Of a stretch of 64,000 bases of DNA, positions 13,871-26,631 are shown in pieces. Each line of letters starts with the position of its first letter. Within the stretch, counting starts at the first letter, position 1. Position numbers and translations under genes: made by a program. The notes under the pieces were generated by a model. It had not been told where the DNA came from. It did not search any database and saw only the letters and a list, made by a program, of their open reading frames with translations. The DNA lies in the NCBI RefSeq assembly GCF_009914755.1, contig NC_060927.1; one strand, written 5' to 3'. This DNA comes from the human T2T-CHM13v2.0 reference genome, Homo sapiens.

Positions 13871-16210
13871 TTATATGGTTTAGCTGTGTCCCCACCCAAA
13901 TCTCATCTTGAATTGTAGTTTCTATAATCCCTGCATGCTGTGGGAGGGACACAGTGGGAGGTAATTGAATCACGGGAATGATTACCCTCATGCTGTTCTC
14001 GTGATAATGAGTGAGTTCTCACGAGATCTGATGGTTTTATAAGGAGGTTTTCCCCTTTTGCTTGGCACTTCCCATTTCTGCCTTCATGTGAACAACGACA
14101 TGTTTGCTTCCCCTTCTGCCATGATTGTAAGTTTCCTGAGGCCTCCCTAGCCATGCTGAACTGTGAGTCAATTAAACCTCTTTTCTTTATAAATTACCCA
14201 GTCTCGGGTATCTCTTTATTAGCAGCATGAGAATGAACTAATACAGTAAATTGGTACTGGGTAGTGGGGTGCTGCTGTAAAGATACCTGAAAATGTGGAA
14301 GCAACATTGGAAGTGGGTAACAGGCAAAGGCTGGAACAGGTTGGAGGGCTCGGAAGAAGAGAGGAAAAGGTGGGAAATTTCAGAACTTCCTAGAGACTTG
14401 GAAGGCTCAGAAGACAGGAAGATGTGGGAAACTTTAGAACTTCCTAGAGGCTTGTTGAATGGCTTTGACCAAAATGCTGATAGTGATATGGACAATAAAG
14501 TCCAGGCTGAGATGGCTCTCAGATGGAGGTGAGGAACTTATTGGGAACTGGAATAAAGGTCACTCTTGCTATGCAAAGAGACTGGCAGCATTTTGCTTTT
14601 GCCCTAGAAATTTGTGAAACGTTGAACTTGAGAGAGACGATTTAGGACATCCAGTGGAAGAAATTTCTAAGAAGCAAAGTGTTCAAGAGGAAGCAGAGCA
14701 TAAAAGTTTTGAAAATTTGCAGCCTGAAGATGTTATAGAAAAGAAACTCATCACCTTTTCTGGGGAGAAATTCAACCTGGCTGCAGAAATTTGCATACGT
14801 AATGAGGAGCCAAAAGTTAATCAACAAGACAATAGGGAAAATGTCTCCAGGGCATGTCAGAGACTTTCACAGCAAGCCCTTCATCACAGGCCTAGAGACC
14901 TAGGAGGGAAAATGGCTTTGTGGGCCAGGCCTAGGGCTCCCCTACTCTATGCAGCCTCGGGACATGGTGCCCTGCATCCTAGCTGCCTCAACTTCAGCCA
15001 TGGATAAAAAGGGATAATGTACAGCTCAGGCTGTTACTTCAGAGGCTGCAAGCCCCAAGCCTTGGCAGCTTTCACGTGGTGTTGGGCCTGTGGGTGTACA
15101 GAAATCAATAACTGAGGTTTAGGAACCTCTGCCTACATTTCAGAGGATGTATGGAAATGCCTGCATGTCCAGGCAGAAGTTCACTGCAGGGGTGCAGCCC
15201 TCATGGAGAACTTCAGCTAGGGCAATGCAGAAGGGAAATGTGGGGTCAGCAACCCCATACAGAGTCTTCTCTGGTGGACTGCCTAGTGAGGCTGTGAGGA
15301 GAGGGCCACCATCCTCCAGACCCCAGAATGGAAACTGACAGCTTGCACTGTGCACCTGGGAAAGCTGCAGACACTCAACACTAGGCCATGAAGGCAGCTG
15401 GGAGGGGGGCTGTACCGTGCAAAGCCACAGGAGCAGTGCTGCTCAAGGCTGTGGGAGTTCACATCTTGCATCACCATCACCTGGATGTGAAACGTGGAGT
15501 AAATGGAGATATTTTCAGATCTTTAAGATTTGACTGCTCTGCTAGATTTCAGGCTTGCATGGGGCCTGTAGCCACTTTATTTTGGCAAATTTCTCCCATT
15601 TGGAATGGGTGTATTTATCCAATCCCCATACCCCCATTCTATCTAGGAAGTAACTAACTTGCTTTTAATTTTATAGGCTCATAAGCAGAAGGGACTTGAC
15701 TTGTCTCAGATGAGACTTTGGACTTGGACTTTGGGGTTAATGATAGAATTAGCTAAGACTTTGGTGAACTGTTGGAAAGGCATGATTGTGTTTTGAAATG
15801 TGAGGATATGAGATTTGAGAAGGACCGGGGCAGCATGATATGCTTTGGCTGTGTCCCCATCCTAATCTCATCTTGAATTGTAGTTCCCATAATCTCCATG
15901 TGTCATGGGAGGGACCCAGTAGCAGGTAACTGAATTATAGGGCAGTTACTTCCATGCTGTTTTTGTGATAGTGAGTGAGTTCTCATGAGATCTGATGGCT
16001 TTATAAGGCATTTTTCCCCTTTTGCCTGGCACATCTCCTTCCTGCCATAATGTGAAGAAGGGCATGTTTGCTTCTCCTTCCACCATGATTGTATGTTTCC
16101 TGAGGCCCCTCCTAACCACAGTGAACTGTCAGACAATAAAAGTTTTTTTCTTTATAAATTACCTAGTCTCAGTAATGTCTTTATTAGCAGTGTGAGAATG
16201 AACTAATACA
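13871..16210 (+). mobile_element. Full-length THE1C-like MaLR provirus (5' LTR 13871-14245, internal 14246-15835, 3' LTR 15836-16210)
   Basis: LTRs begin T(T/G)ATATG..TTT.GCTGTGTCCCCA and end GAGAATGAACTAATACA; perfect TSD CTACT (13866-13870, 16211-16215). Confidence 0.95.
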
Positions 16211-16269
16211 CTACTTAATGAAGATCAAAAGTTACTAAATATTCTTTTGGAGCAAAACAGAGTGTAGTT

Positions 16270-16292
16270 TTGTTGTTGTTGTTGTTGTTGTT
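16270..16292. repeat. (GTT)n microsatellite
   Basis: Direct reading. Confidence 0.9.
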
Positions 16293-16660
16293 TTTAACCA
16301 ATACTAAATATAAACAATATAGATCAGCCACCTGATCCTTCTGTCCTCTTCTCTCTGGTAACATGCATGCCTATGTCAAAATATTTTAATTCTTTCTATA
16401 ATCTGGGTTGAGCATGTTTGAACCCAGCATCAGTAGGAAAGGACAGTCTTCTTCCTCTCAAATCCTACCCATGTCAAGGAGCTCAAGAGAATTTAAGTTG
16501 ATGAATATATCATGAACAATACAGCTGAAACAGACATCACACTCCCAAGTCACAACCAGAGTTCTTCTTCTTCAAAGAAGTTAGTGTATATAAGTAAAGT
16601 CTTTCATATGAAAGAAGTCCAATAAATTTGTTTGTAATTTTTTTTTAAAAAAGCATGCTT

Positions 16661-16976
<316 letters not shown>

Positions 16977-17023
16977 TCAAGATTCTATGCTAAAATATAA
17001 TAAGAAAAAGAAGTAAGTTGGAG

Positions 17024-17025
<2 letters not shown>

Positions 17026-17064
<39 letters not shown>
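17026..17064. repeat. (TG)n microsatellite
   Basis: Direct reading. Confidence 0.95.
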
Positions 17065-17066
<2 letters not shown>

Positions 17067-18016
17067 TTTCTTAAACTTAAAGCAAATGCTGAATATGTAA
17101 TTTGTCCTTTCAGCTTATGTGGGTCAAGTCAATATCATCTCCCAAATTCAGTATTTCAAATTGAGATGTCATAAATTAGTTTCACTACTTCTTATTGTAT
17201 AACGAGTGGCATTAACCCAGGTGGGCATGGTTGTGTGAATATATGAGCACTTTTTTATGAGGGAAAGTCTCTCTTATGTTTGTGAAGAAGATGAATGCAT
17301 TAGCTGCAATTATGAACTTGAGTTAAATCTTTCTTCATTATTCATTCTCAAGAGAATTTGAGATCATATTTTGTTTCCTTCCTGAATTCTCTTGGTATAT
17401 ATAATGGGGGCTTGATTAATTCATTTTGATTTTTTACATTTTCTTCTCAGTTCAATGGCAAAAAATAAGCATTTTTAAAACTCAACTTTCAGAATTTTGG
17501 TCATTAATATTATTTTTAGTTTAAGTTTAAAAATATTGCAAGTATGGATTTTCTTTTGAAGCATGGCTTTGAGTGAAAGGAGGGTCATCAAACCCATTTA
17601 TAGCATTACTTTATGCTCTCTCTTCTGTTTCAAGACTTCCAAAGAATTAATTAAAAGTTGATAGGATTGACCCTAAAACCAATTATCCTTTGGTCTGAAA
17701 TGCTGAGCACACATTACTGAGTTTTCAAATAAATTGAAAAAAATTTTAGTCAGGCATCAGCATTATCTTAATTTATAAACATTAACACAAGAAAATATTG
17801 GATTTGTTTTAAATAATTACTCCACACTGCATTACCAGTATTATCTCTTTCTGCTGTTTAGATGTGTACCAGAATACATTCCCAATCTATAACAATGAAC
17901 AACCATGCAAAATTTCTCTGATATTGAATAGAGTGTTCTAGTCGAGGTGTTTCTGGAATTTAGTGACAGAGCATTTCACCAGATTTATATTGTATTTCAG
18001 TTTCTCAGTTGATGAA

Positions 18017-18155
18017 GCCCTCTAACCTGTTTGTCTTTTCGATCCTGCAATATGGAGGACTGATGGCTTCAGGGACTTTGCCCTCTAACCTGTTTGTCTT
18101 TTCGATCCTGCAATATGGAGGACTGATGGCTTCAGGGACTTTTGCCCTCTAACCT
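18017..18155. repeat. 63/64-bp tandem duplication (2 copies plus a 12-bp partial copy)
   Basis: GCCCTCTAACCT starts at 18017, 18080 and 18144; the two copies are identical apart from one T. Confidence 0.97.
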
Positions 18156-18236
18156 TTAAATCTGTTTTCTTGTCATTGTAACATGATTGTCCCATTTTCC
18201 ATAAACACATTTAATTTTTCTTCCTCCACATATATG

Positions 18237-18270
18237 CACACAGACACACACACACACACACACACACACA
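18237..18270. repeat. (CA)n microsatellite
   Basis: Direct reading. Confidence 0.9.
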
Positions 18271-18384
18271 ATATGAGATTTATAAAAATTACAGGCAGAG
18301 ACTGAGTTTACTTGCACTGTAAGTTTTTATTATCCTAAAAAATGTTAAATGAAAGAAAAAAAAGAGAGACACAAAACTTCTTGA

Positions 18385-18580
18385 AAGCAATAGCTAATAT
18401 TTAGGTATCCTTATCATGTTAGGACACTGTTAAAAGTCTAAATGTAATCCTTTAATGTAAAGAGGAGGGGCTAAGACTCAGAGATGTTGAATAAGTTGCC
18501 AGGGTCTCCTGGGAGAATAAGTTTTCAGACCAGGATCTAAATTGAGGAAGTTTGATTCCATCTTTCATTATGGTACCATG
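18385..18580 (-). mobile_element. MIR fragment
   Basis: TAGCTAATATTTAG...GCTAAGACTCAGAGATGTTGAATAAGTTGCCAGGGTC. Confidence 0.6.
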
Positions 18581-19135
18581 TGTTAGTTGTTTAACAAGGA
18601 CACTCTCTGCTCAATACAGAGCTGAAGAAAAAGCATGATGTGACACCCTGTCTTTAAGACCTCCAGTAAGTCACCATTCTTAGTTTCTACAATAACTTGC
18701 AAATAGTTTGGCTAAATAAAATTTGCTGAATCAATGAATAGTTGAAGAAAGAAACAAGATCTGCACAAGCAATTCCCATTTTAGGAACAGAGTCAATTCT
18801 TACTGTTCAGTAACAACACTGTTATTTGAACTTCATATTAATTTACATTTAGAGGCTTTATCTGGGGGTGAGGGGGTTGGAGTATGGTTTCAGTGACATT
18901 GGGAGATAGTTCTCAATGTGTCATTTAAACATTGACTTCAACGACATTGAGAGAGAGTTCTCTACTTAATAACTGATATTTTAGCATGTTCTGTATTCAC
19001 TCTGTGACCTTATATTACATACTCCCTGCATACTCTCACATAATCTTGGTGATATGCTTATTTTCATTTGACAATCAAAGGATAGGCAGTGGGCAGCCAA
19101 AGAAGCAGGAATGTAACATGATGAAATCTCAGTAA

Positions 19136-19462
<327 letters not shown>

Positions 19463-20571
19463 CTCTCCAATCTTTATGTAGTAATATATATTAGCATTAT
19501 ACAATTGTTTGAACATGATTTATCCAGTTAATTCTAGTTTCTCCTTTTATTTTGTGTAGTTGATGGGAAAGATCTTAGAAGAATTTCTTATTATCTCCAT
19601 AAACCTTTGTAAGAAATCAAGAATAAAATTGCCTCAACCTATTACTAAACTTCCACAGTTCTTTGTCTGTGCAATACAACTATAATTCTAATAAATCTCC
19701 AAAATTTTGCCAACAGAATGGTTGATTTCCACACATACATTGTTGTCTCCCAAAGAATAGGAAAAAAGTGAAGGAAATATTGCCTAGCTTTCTGTATTGC
19801 TGCATCCTAAAATTTCTCCATATATATCTCCATTTTTATACATAGCAGGTTCTTCTGAATTATTTAGTTGTTTCCAGTATGTTTAGCACTTTCCTCTTTG
19901 AGCCACCTGAGAATTGCATCAATGTGCTATTTCTGCTCACTAATGAAAATGTCAAAGATCAGGTTTAAAAATGTTAAATAAAACTGAGCCAATCAGTCCC
20001 CTACCGCTGTTCATTTTGAAGCTGACTTTATTCAAAGACTGCTTTACTCCCTGTTGTTGCTTCTTAGCTAAGCCTGTAATTGTCAGTAAACATTATCAAA
20101 CAGGTTTGGCATTGCCACTGTGAAATAGATGCTCTTGACTATGATTACAAGTAACCATTCAAAGGCAGGATTAAGCAAATATCACTAATTTAGACTACTA
20201 ACCAGAGGAGTTCTAAAAATTACCCAACACTCAAACATCCAAACCACCCTCTCAAACTTACTAACATGTTCTCAAAGATTCATTTTATGAAGAATATTTC
20301 TGTGGAAAGTATCAGGAAAATAGTGAATAATTTACAAATATATTTGTAACTGTAAAGAATAAGATATAGTTCTTTTAAAAACTTTATAAAATTCAGGAAA
20401 TCACACTGGTAGTGATAACCACTATTAACGTATCATATTTCCTTCCAAATATATTCATAAATTTGGGACATAAAATTGTATGTTTATATCCTGATTCTTT
20501 TTTACTTAACATATATTCCATGAGCTTTTTTATATCCTTAAGAATGTGTAATATATAATATGTTTATAATG

Positions 20572-20935
20572 CAGGATATCCACAAAGTTGAGAAACATAG
20601 AATAAACTTACCTTAAAACAATATGTAAGTTACAGTTTCAAATAATGCTCAACATGTTTTCAGGTGAAGTACCTTTAAATTTACCACAATGGAACCAATT
20701 GTTAATCTGAAAGCAGTATAATAAATATAACACAGAATGTCAAAAGTGTCTAGATAGAAAAAAAAAGGGTGTATTTATTGCACTCTCTTCAGATTAACAC
20801 TTGTACACACCACTTTAAATTTAGAGATGCTTCATCAGAAAAGTGTCTGAAGACTAAAGAAAAATAATTTGGGTGTATTACTTAAAAACACAGCCAATAT
20901 ATAATTTAGAAATAAGTTTATCTTACATTTCTCAC
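20572..20935. mobile_element. Foldback MITE-like element (probably TcMar-derived, family not assigned)
   Basis: Terminal arms TGAGAAACATAGAATAAACTTA / TAAGTTTATCTTACATTTCTCA and internal arms TGTTAATCTGAA / TTCAGATTAACA are reverse-complementary. Confidence 0.6.
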
Positions 20936-21514
20936 AAATAGTTTATCTAGTTAAAATGACATAGTCACAGTTAATATTTTTGGTATCTCTCCTTTTTACT
21001 GGTAAAATGCATCACTTGTCATTTTACTTTTACAACAACTAAGATTGACAAACTTTCATCTCATCAATACAAACTCTCAACCCTTTTCTCTGTAATCCCT
21101 TTCTCAAATCAGATCTATGAAAACATAAAGTCACATTTAAACCACATTCTCAGAACTCTCATGACTATCATGTTGAACTTTTTCATTATCATTTTTAACC
21201 TCTTGTCAATACGAAGACAAGATTACCACATATAATGATTTATGTTTATGTTTGACCATCTGATAGTGAGATTTTACCATCAGACCATCAAATATAAATA
21301 CTTCACCAAGAGAGGATACCAAAGAATTGTTTACTTTGAACTTTAAGTCCCTTATTAGATCATATAAGGCATCTGCTTTCATTATTATAATAACAGTCTC
21401 ATTTTTACTTTTTTGCAAAGGTGCTCTTCTATTAACCTGGTTAAATGTGGAATAGGGGCCCACAATGGGGTTATATACTTCACCCTAGGAATGAGGAGTG
21501 ATGGGACAAATCCA

Positions 21515-22900
21515 CATTTCATCAAATTTTATTCAAAAGATGATGCCTGCTATGCAGGAGGCACCTGCCAGGCAATAAGGATATGAAGTTTATCAAGCCA
21601 CAGTCTCTGTCCTTAAGAAATCCATAGTCTGATGTGTGATATAGACAAGGAGGTCACTAATTATAGAATATCATGTTAACAAATGAACAAGTCACAAGAG
21701 TGGATGATTCCTAATTCAGACTGTGAGATCAGAAATGGATTCCTGGAGATGATATTTGAAAGCAAATAGGAAATAGATAACTCTTGGGCAGGGGGCAGCA
21801 GGAGCAGTAGCTATATTGCATGGGCAGTGATGACATAGAACATTCCAGAAAAAGAGTAGAGGTGAATGTAAGGGAACCATTATTATAAGTTTATGAGGTA
21901 CTAGGGGAGGAGAAGAAAGTAAAGCAGGTAGACAGGCACTAGAAAAAGAAAGGACTTAACACTCTAAGCTAAGATGTTTACCTTTACCCTGAAAGTTTTG
22001 AGCAGGAATTTAGCAGTTTTAAAAAAGAGAATTGTATGATTAAATTGACATTTTATCTGCAATATGAAAAATGAATTAAGCACAGGGACTATCATGGATG
22101 TGGTAGACCATTAAGAAGAGTACATTATCCTCAAATCAGTCCTAAGACTGTGGGGGTGGCAATCGAGGACAAGATTGGTTAAGGGAGGGGATTAAGATGC
22201 TGAATCTACAGTGCTGGAGGATTGAGTGGTTTGGTGGGGACAGTGAAAGAAAGTGGGTATCTCGATTGATTGCCATGTATCTAGTTAGGCCCTCTGGGAA
22301 GTTAAGTAGAGAATACAGGACTATGTTGGAGGGGAAATATGAGTCCAGATTTGGAAATACTGAGTTTGAAGTGCTTGTAAAACTTAGATGTTCCTTAGGC
22401 AAACCTATGCATTTGAGACACAGATCTGAGATCCATAAGAATATAAACAGTAGTTAAAGACATGAGCAAGAAGAGAACACTTAGAAGGAAAAACGAAAAC
22501 AAGATCAACATTAAGGGAACATTAACTAATAAAGTATGGGTGGAGAAAAAGATCTTGTGAAAGAAGTTTTAGAGGAAGTAGCAAGAAAAAATAGAAGGCA
22601 AGGAAGCAAATTAGAAAAGTAAGATTTGCAATCAAAACCAATTTTCTTTAGATTTAATATTAAAGAGGGCTTTGGTGATTCAAATAGAATTGTTAAAAAT
22701 GAGAAAAATGAAGATCCAGAAAAGACAGGTGCTATTCGATGGAGAAAGGGACTAAAAGTAGGCAGGAGGGGATTGGACCCAAAGCCCAGGTGGAGGGCTT
22801 GCTTTAGGTTTGGGGACACTGCTTCCACTGATAGGTGTGAAAGGAGAAAAAGATTTTCTTTTCTATTTGTGGCTAATTTAAAATTGCCCTAGGTAATAAC
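21515..22900 (-). mobile_element. L2 LINE (3' portion)
   Basis: Begins with the minus-strand L2 3' end (TTTTATTCAAAAGATGATGCCTGCTATGCAGGAGGCAC...CAGTCTCTGTCCTTAAG); purine-rich body with GATTTGGAAATACTGAGTTTGAAGTGC. Confidence 0.7.
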
Positions 22901-23011
22901 CTGGAAATTATAAAGTTAGCCCCATCTAGAGAGAGTGAAGAGCTGCATAGAAGAAATGTGGGGGCTGATTAGTTATTGACACTTACACTACACTTATACT
23001 AGATTTGTTTA

Positions 23012-23580
23012 CAGGCATCCATCCTTTTATTGTGCATTGCTTTATTGTTTTTCACAAATTGAATATTTGTGGCAAGTCTGCATTGAGCAAGTCTATTGGT
23101 ACCATTTTTCCAACATCATGTGCTCGCTTTGTGTCTCTGTGTCACATTATGGTAAGTGTTGCAATATTTCACACTTTTCATCATTATTTTATCTGTTATA
23201 ATAATCTGTGATTTGTGGTCTTCGATGTTACCATTGTAATTTTCTGGGAGCACCACTAACTGCACCCATATTAAAGGTCAGACTTAATCCATAAATGTTG
23301 TGTGTGTTCTGACTGCTCCACTCACCAGTCATACCCCATCTCTCTCCCTCTTACTATATAGATATTAGGTTAATGAATAACCCTATGGTGGCCTGTGGTA
23401 TTCAAGTAAATGGAAGAGTCCCAGGTTTCTCACTTAAACGCTAGAAATGATTCATCTTAGTGAGAAAGACATGCCAAAAGCCAAGATAGTCTGAAAGCTG
23501 GGCATCTTGCACCAAATAGTCAAGCTATAAATGCAAAGGTAAAGTTCTGAAAGGAAATTAAAAGTGCTACTCCAGTGGAC
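23012..23580 (+). mobile_element. Tigger1 5' fragment including the decayed transposase start
   Basis: TA|CAGGCAT...TTTTATTGTGC..., TTGAGCAAGTCTATTGGTACCATTTTTCCAACA, ...AAGGAAATTAAAAGTGCTACTCCAGTG. Confidence 0.88.
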
Positions 23581-23696
23581 AGTTTTCAAAAATTAACCCA
23601 CAATCCTGTACTTCAAAAAACAGGGCACACCATGGTTAATTTGAACAAAAATAGAAGCAGATGTTATTAAGCAAAGCCTACACAGAGCCACACTTT

Positions 23697-24010
<314 letters not shown>

Positions 24011-24367
24011 GTATGCACACGCAAATAATCCCATAGTTGGGTACTCAGAACAGGCTTCACCTGATTCGGTTTCTCAATGTACCTTCAGCTGGGAGATAAT
24101 CATAGAAAGAAAACAGAATTTTTGTGGAGGGTTTTGGGTCCTAAACACTCCCCTCTTCCAGACCCATAGTGTAAGATCATGAATCCCCAGGGAAAATAAC
24201 AGTACACAAGGTGCCTTGTCAAGAACTCTTCATGGTCTGGTTATTGCTCCTGTCATGTCTTGTCATATCACATTTTAGCTCATCTTTCAGGAAGCAAGTT
24301 CAGAATGACAGAGCAACCCACAGAAGCTCTTTGTTCATTTCATTTGTTCAGAGCTTTGTGTGAGCAT

Positions 24368-24369
<2 letters not shown>

Positions 24370-24399
<30 letters not shown>
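24370..24399. repeat. (CA)n microsatellite
   Basis: Direct reading. Confidence 0.95.
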
Positions 24400-24401
<2 letters not shown>

Positions 24402-26184
24402 GGAGGCACTTCAAACCTCAAAGGGGAATACACCTCTACTGTTGCTATTCATTTCTATTAAGAGCACAGTCAAAATTTACCCAAGCATTTCAGACATTCT
24501 TCCAATTAAGATTTTGTATATTTCTTTTTGTAATGATCTTGTTTCTTTCCTGACCTCTCAAGAGTATTTTTAAGTGAAGGTTATTGTGATTACAGTGTGA
24601 GATAGCAACTTTCTTCTATTTCAGCCTTATTTATCTTACTCAGAGCCATTTCTAGGCTATCGTCCAAAATAGCCTCTAACCACCTAAGTTGTTCACTGAA
24701 GTGATCGGAAAGCAATCCTTGAAACAGCTCTCGAAATATGTTCTCTTCCTTCATTTCAACATAGTTGCATGCCAATCAACGGCAAAGCAATTAAAATCCC
24801 GCCAGGATCAAAGAACGTGCCTTTGCCAATCTATGAAAACATTTCCCCATCTCCTTTGTTAAGGCCCTGGTGATCTCCACTAAAGCGATATCCAAAAATC
24901 TACTTATGCTCTTTATAGTACTTGTTTCCAAATATATGTCAACAAATTTCTTGTTGCAAAATACATGCTATCAGTTTCCAGTTTTTCCCACCTTATGTTT
25001 CTCTACTTCATATACCCCCATTTTTTTAAAGTACCTGTCTTAACAACTTCAATATTCCTCCTTTTATCATAGATATACATACATTTTATTTGAATATTTT
25101 CATTAAGGCTACACCGTTTGAGGACTTGTCATGTACTCTTAGCTATCACGTATATCAATTTGTTTTATGTGTTCTCCCTCTGCTAATAAAATAATCCCTT
25201 CGCAGATCCATTGAACCGAAGTACATTCTAATATCAGCATCCTGGAGTTAATCAGAGAATACATTGCTGTGGGAGGTACACAGTCCCTTTCTGGATTATT
25301 CTGCCTTCTCATCAATAATCGAAAGCACCAGTTAAGCAATTTTCCATACTGTCTCCTAATCCTTTTGCTCCCCCGCTGAGTGCAGTAGATATACAACTTG
25401 CTAATAGCATTATACTCAAGAGTTTTGAAGTTTTAGGGTACTCAGAGCATAGCTCTCTGACAGAATGTCAAGAAGCAAGCAAAACTATTTCTATGAATCC
25501 AAAACTGTCTATAAATGCAAAGAGACATGGAGAATTGCTGCAATTAATATGAATAACTCAAGTCAAAAGTGTGTCAGCTAAAAACACAGGCAATTGACGC
25601 AACCTATGTTCTGGTTTAAATTAGATGAATGATAGCCTATATTTCCCACTTTACTTTGTATATAGTTAAATGCTACATTACTAGAAATTTTTGATTCCCA
25701 CAAATTCTAGGGACTGTTAAACTCCACTTTAAAGCTCTTTGCAACATAGGCATTAGCTTAACTTTATCATACCAGCATTATTTTAGGCTTCTAATGTATG
25801 TCTAATAATTGCTTCTCAATTGGCTATTTGCCCAAAACATAGCTTTACTGAGTCAAAATCAAATATAACACCACAAAATGTGATTAATCCTTCAGTCCTT
25901 TCATCGGATTAGCCACACACTACTTAGCTTTAAGAAAAAAATGACCTGTAAGATTTAACATTTTTTTGAAAATACAATATTTTGTGTTTGTCAATTTAAT
26001 TTTAATTCTGCAAGTCTGATACACTATGACTTTTGGCATAATGGTATTTATTTCTATGTACATAAATAAACCTCATTAATTCTTTCTCCTCTTCATCATT
26101 ATCTGCCTGTGCCAAGTTCTCATGCTGTTACTCTGCTTTTTGCTCGGAATTGAAGAAGGGGAATAAATTTGGTCCTCCTGGTCT

Positions 26185-26310
26185 AGCATTTCTCAACTGA
26201 GGCTGGCACTGGCCCACAGAAAAGCATTTGGAAATGGTGTAGAGCACTTTGCTGGTCAAATTGATTGTGAAGACCGACTCTTGTTGGGCAGGGTCATGCA
26301 AACTGAAAAA
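26185..26310 (+). mobile_element. Possible MER20-like hAT-Charlie fragment
   Basis: TTTCTCAACTGAGGCTGGCACTGGCCC...GCATTTGGAAATGGTG. Confidence 0.35.
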
Positions 26311-26631
26311 CTATCTCTAATTATCTCTAATTATTATGGTGTTTTTGTTTTAAATGTAAAAACATGTTTGAAAAAATTTAAACAACTCCAAGTTGAAATA
26401 TGGGGAATTCAGGTCTTATATTTAATCCCTTCACTTTTCCCACACACATAGGCTCACTTACAGAAGTGCCAAACCCTAATATTTTATTCTCTTCCACTTG
26501 CTTCTCAAATATTTTCTTTTTAGTATAAGGTCAGTACTTTAAAAATTATATTTCTCCAGAGCAGTTCCTTTGTCAAATCCATCCTGAGCTTGTGGCATTA
26601 GAAATTATCCTTAGCTGCTGTCAGTTCTTTA

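Noticed and set aside
14340-14460. Internal duplication GAACTTCCTAGAG...GGCTCAGAAGA in THE1C-int
   Set aside because: As I recall, this is a family-level feature of some THE1 internal sequences rather than locus-specific
25139-25396. 85-aa ORF in the same frame as the gag-like segment, as its N-terminus
   Set aside because: The intervening 24968-25138 has many in-frame stops and no recognisable motif
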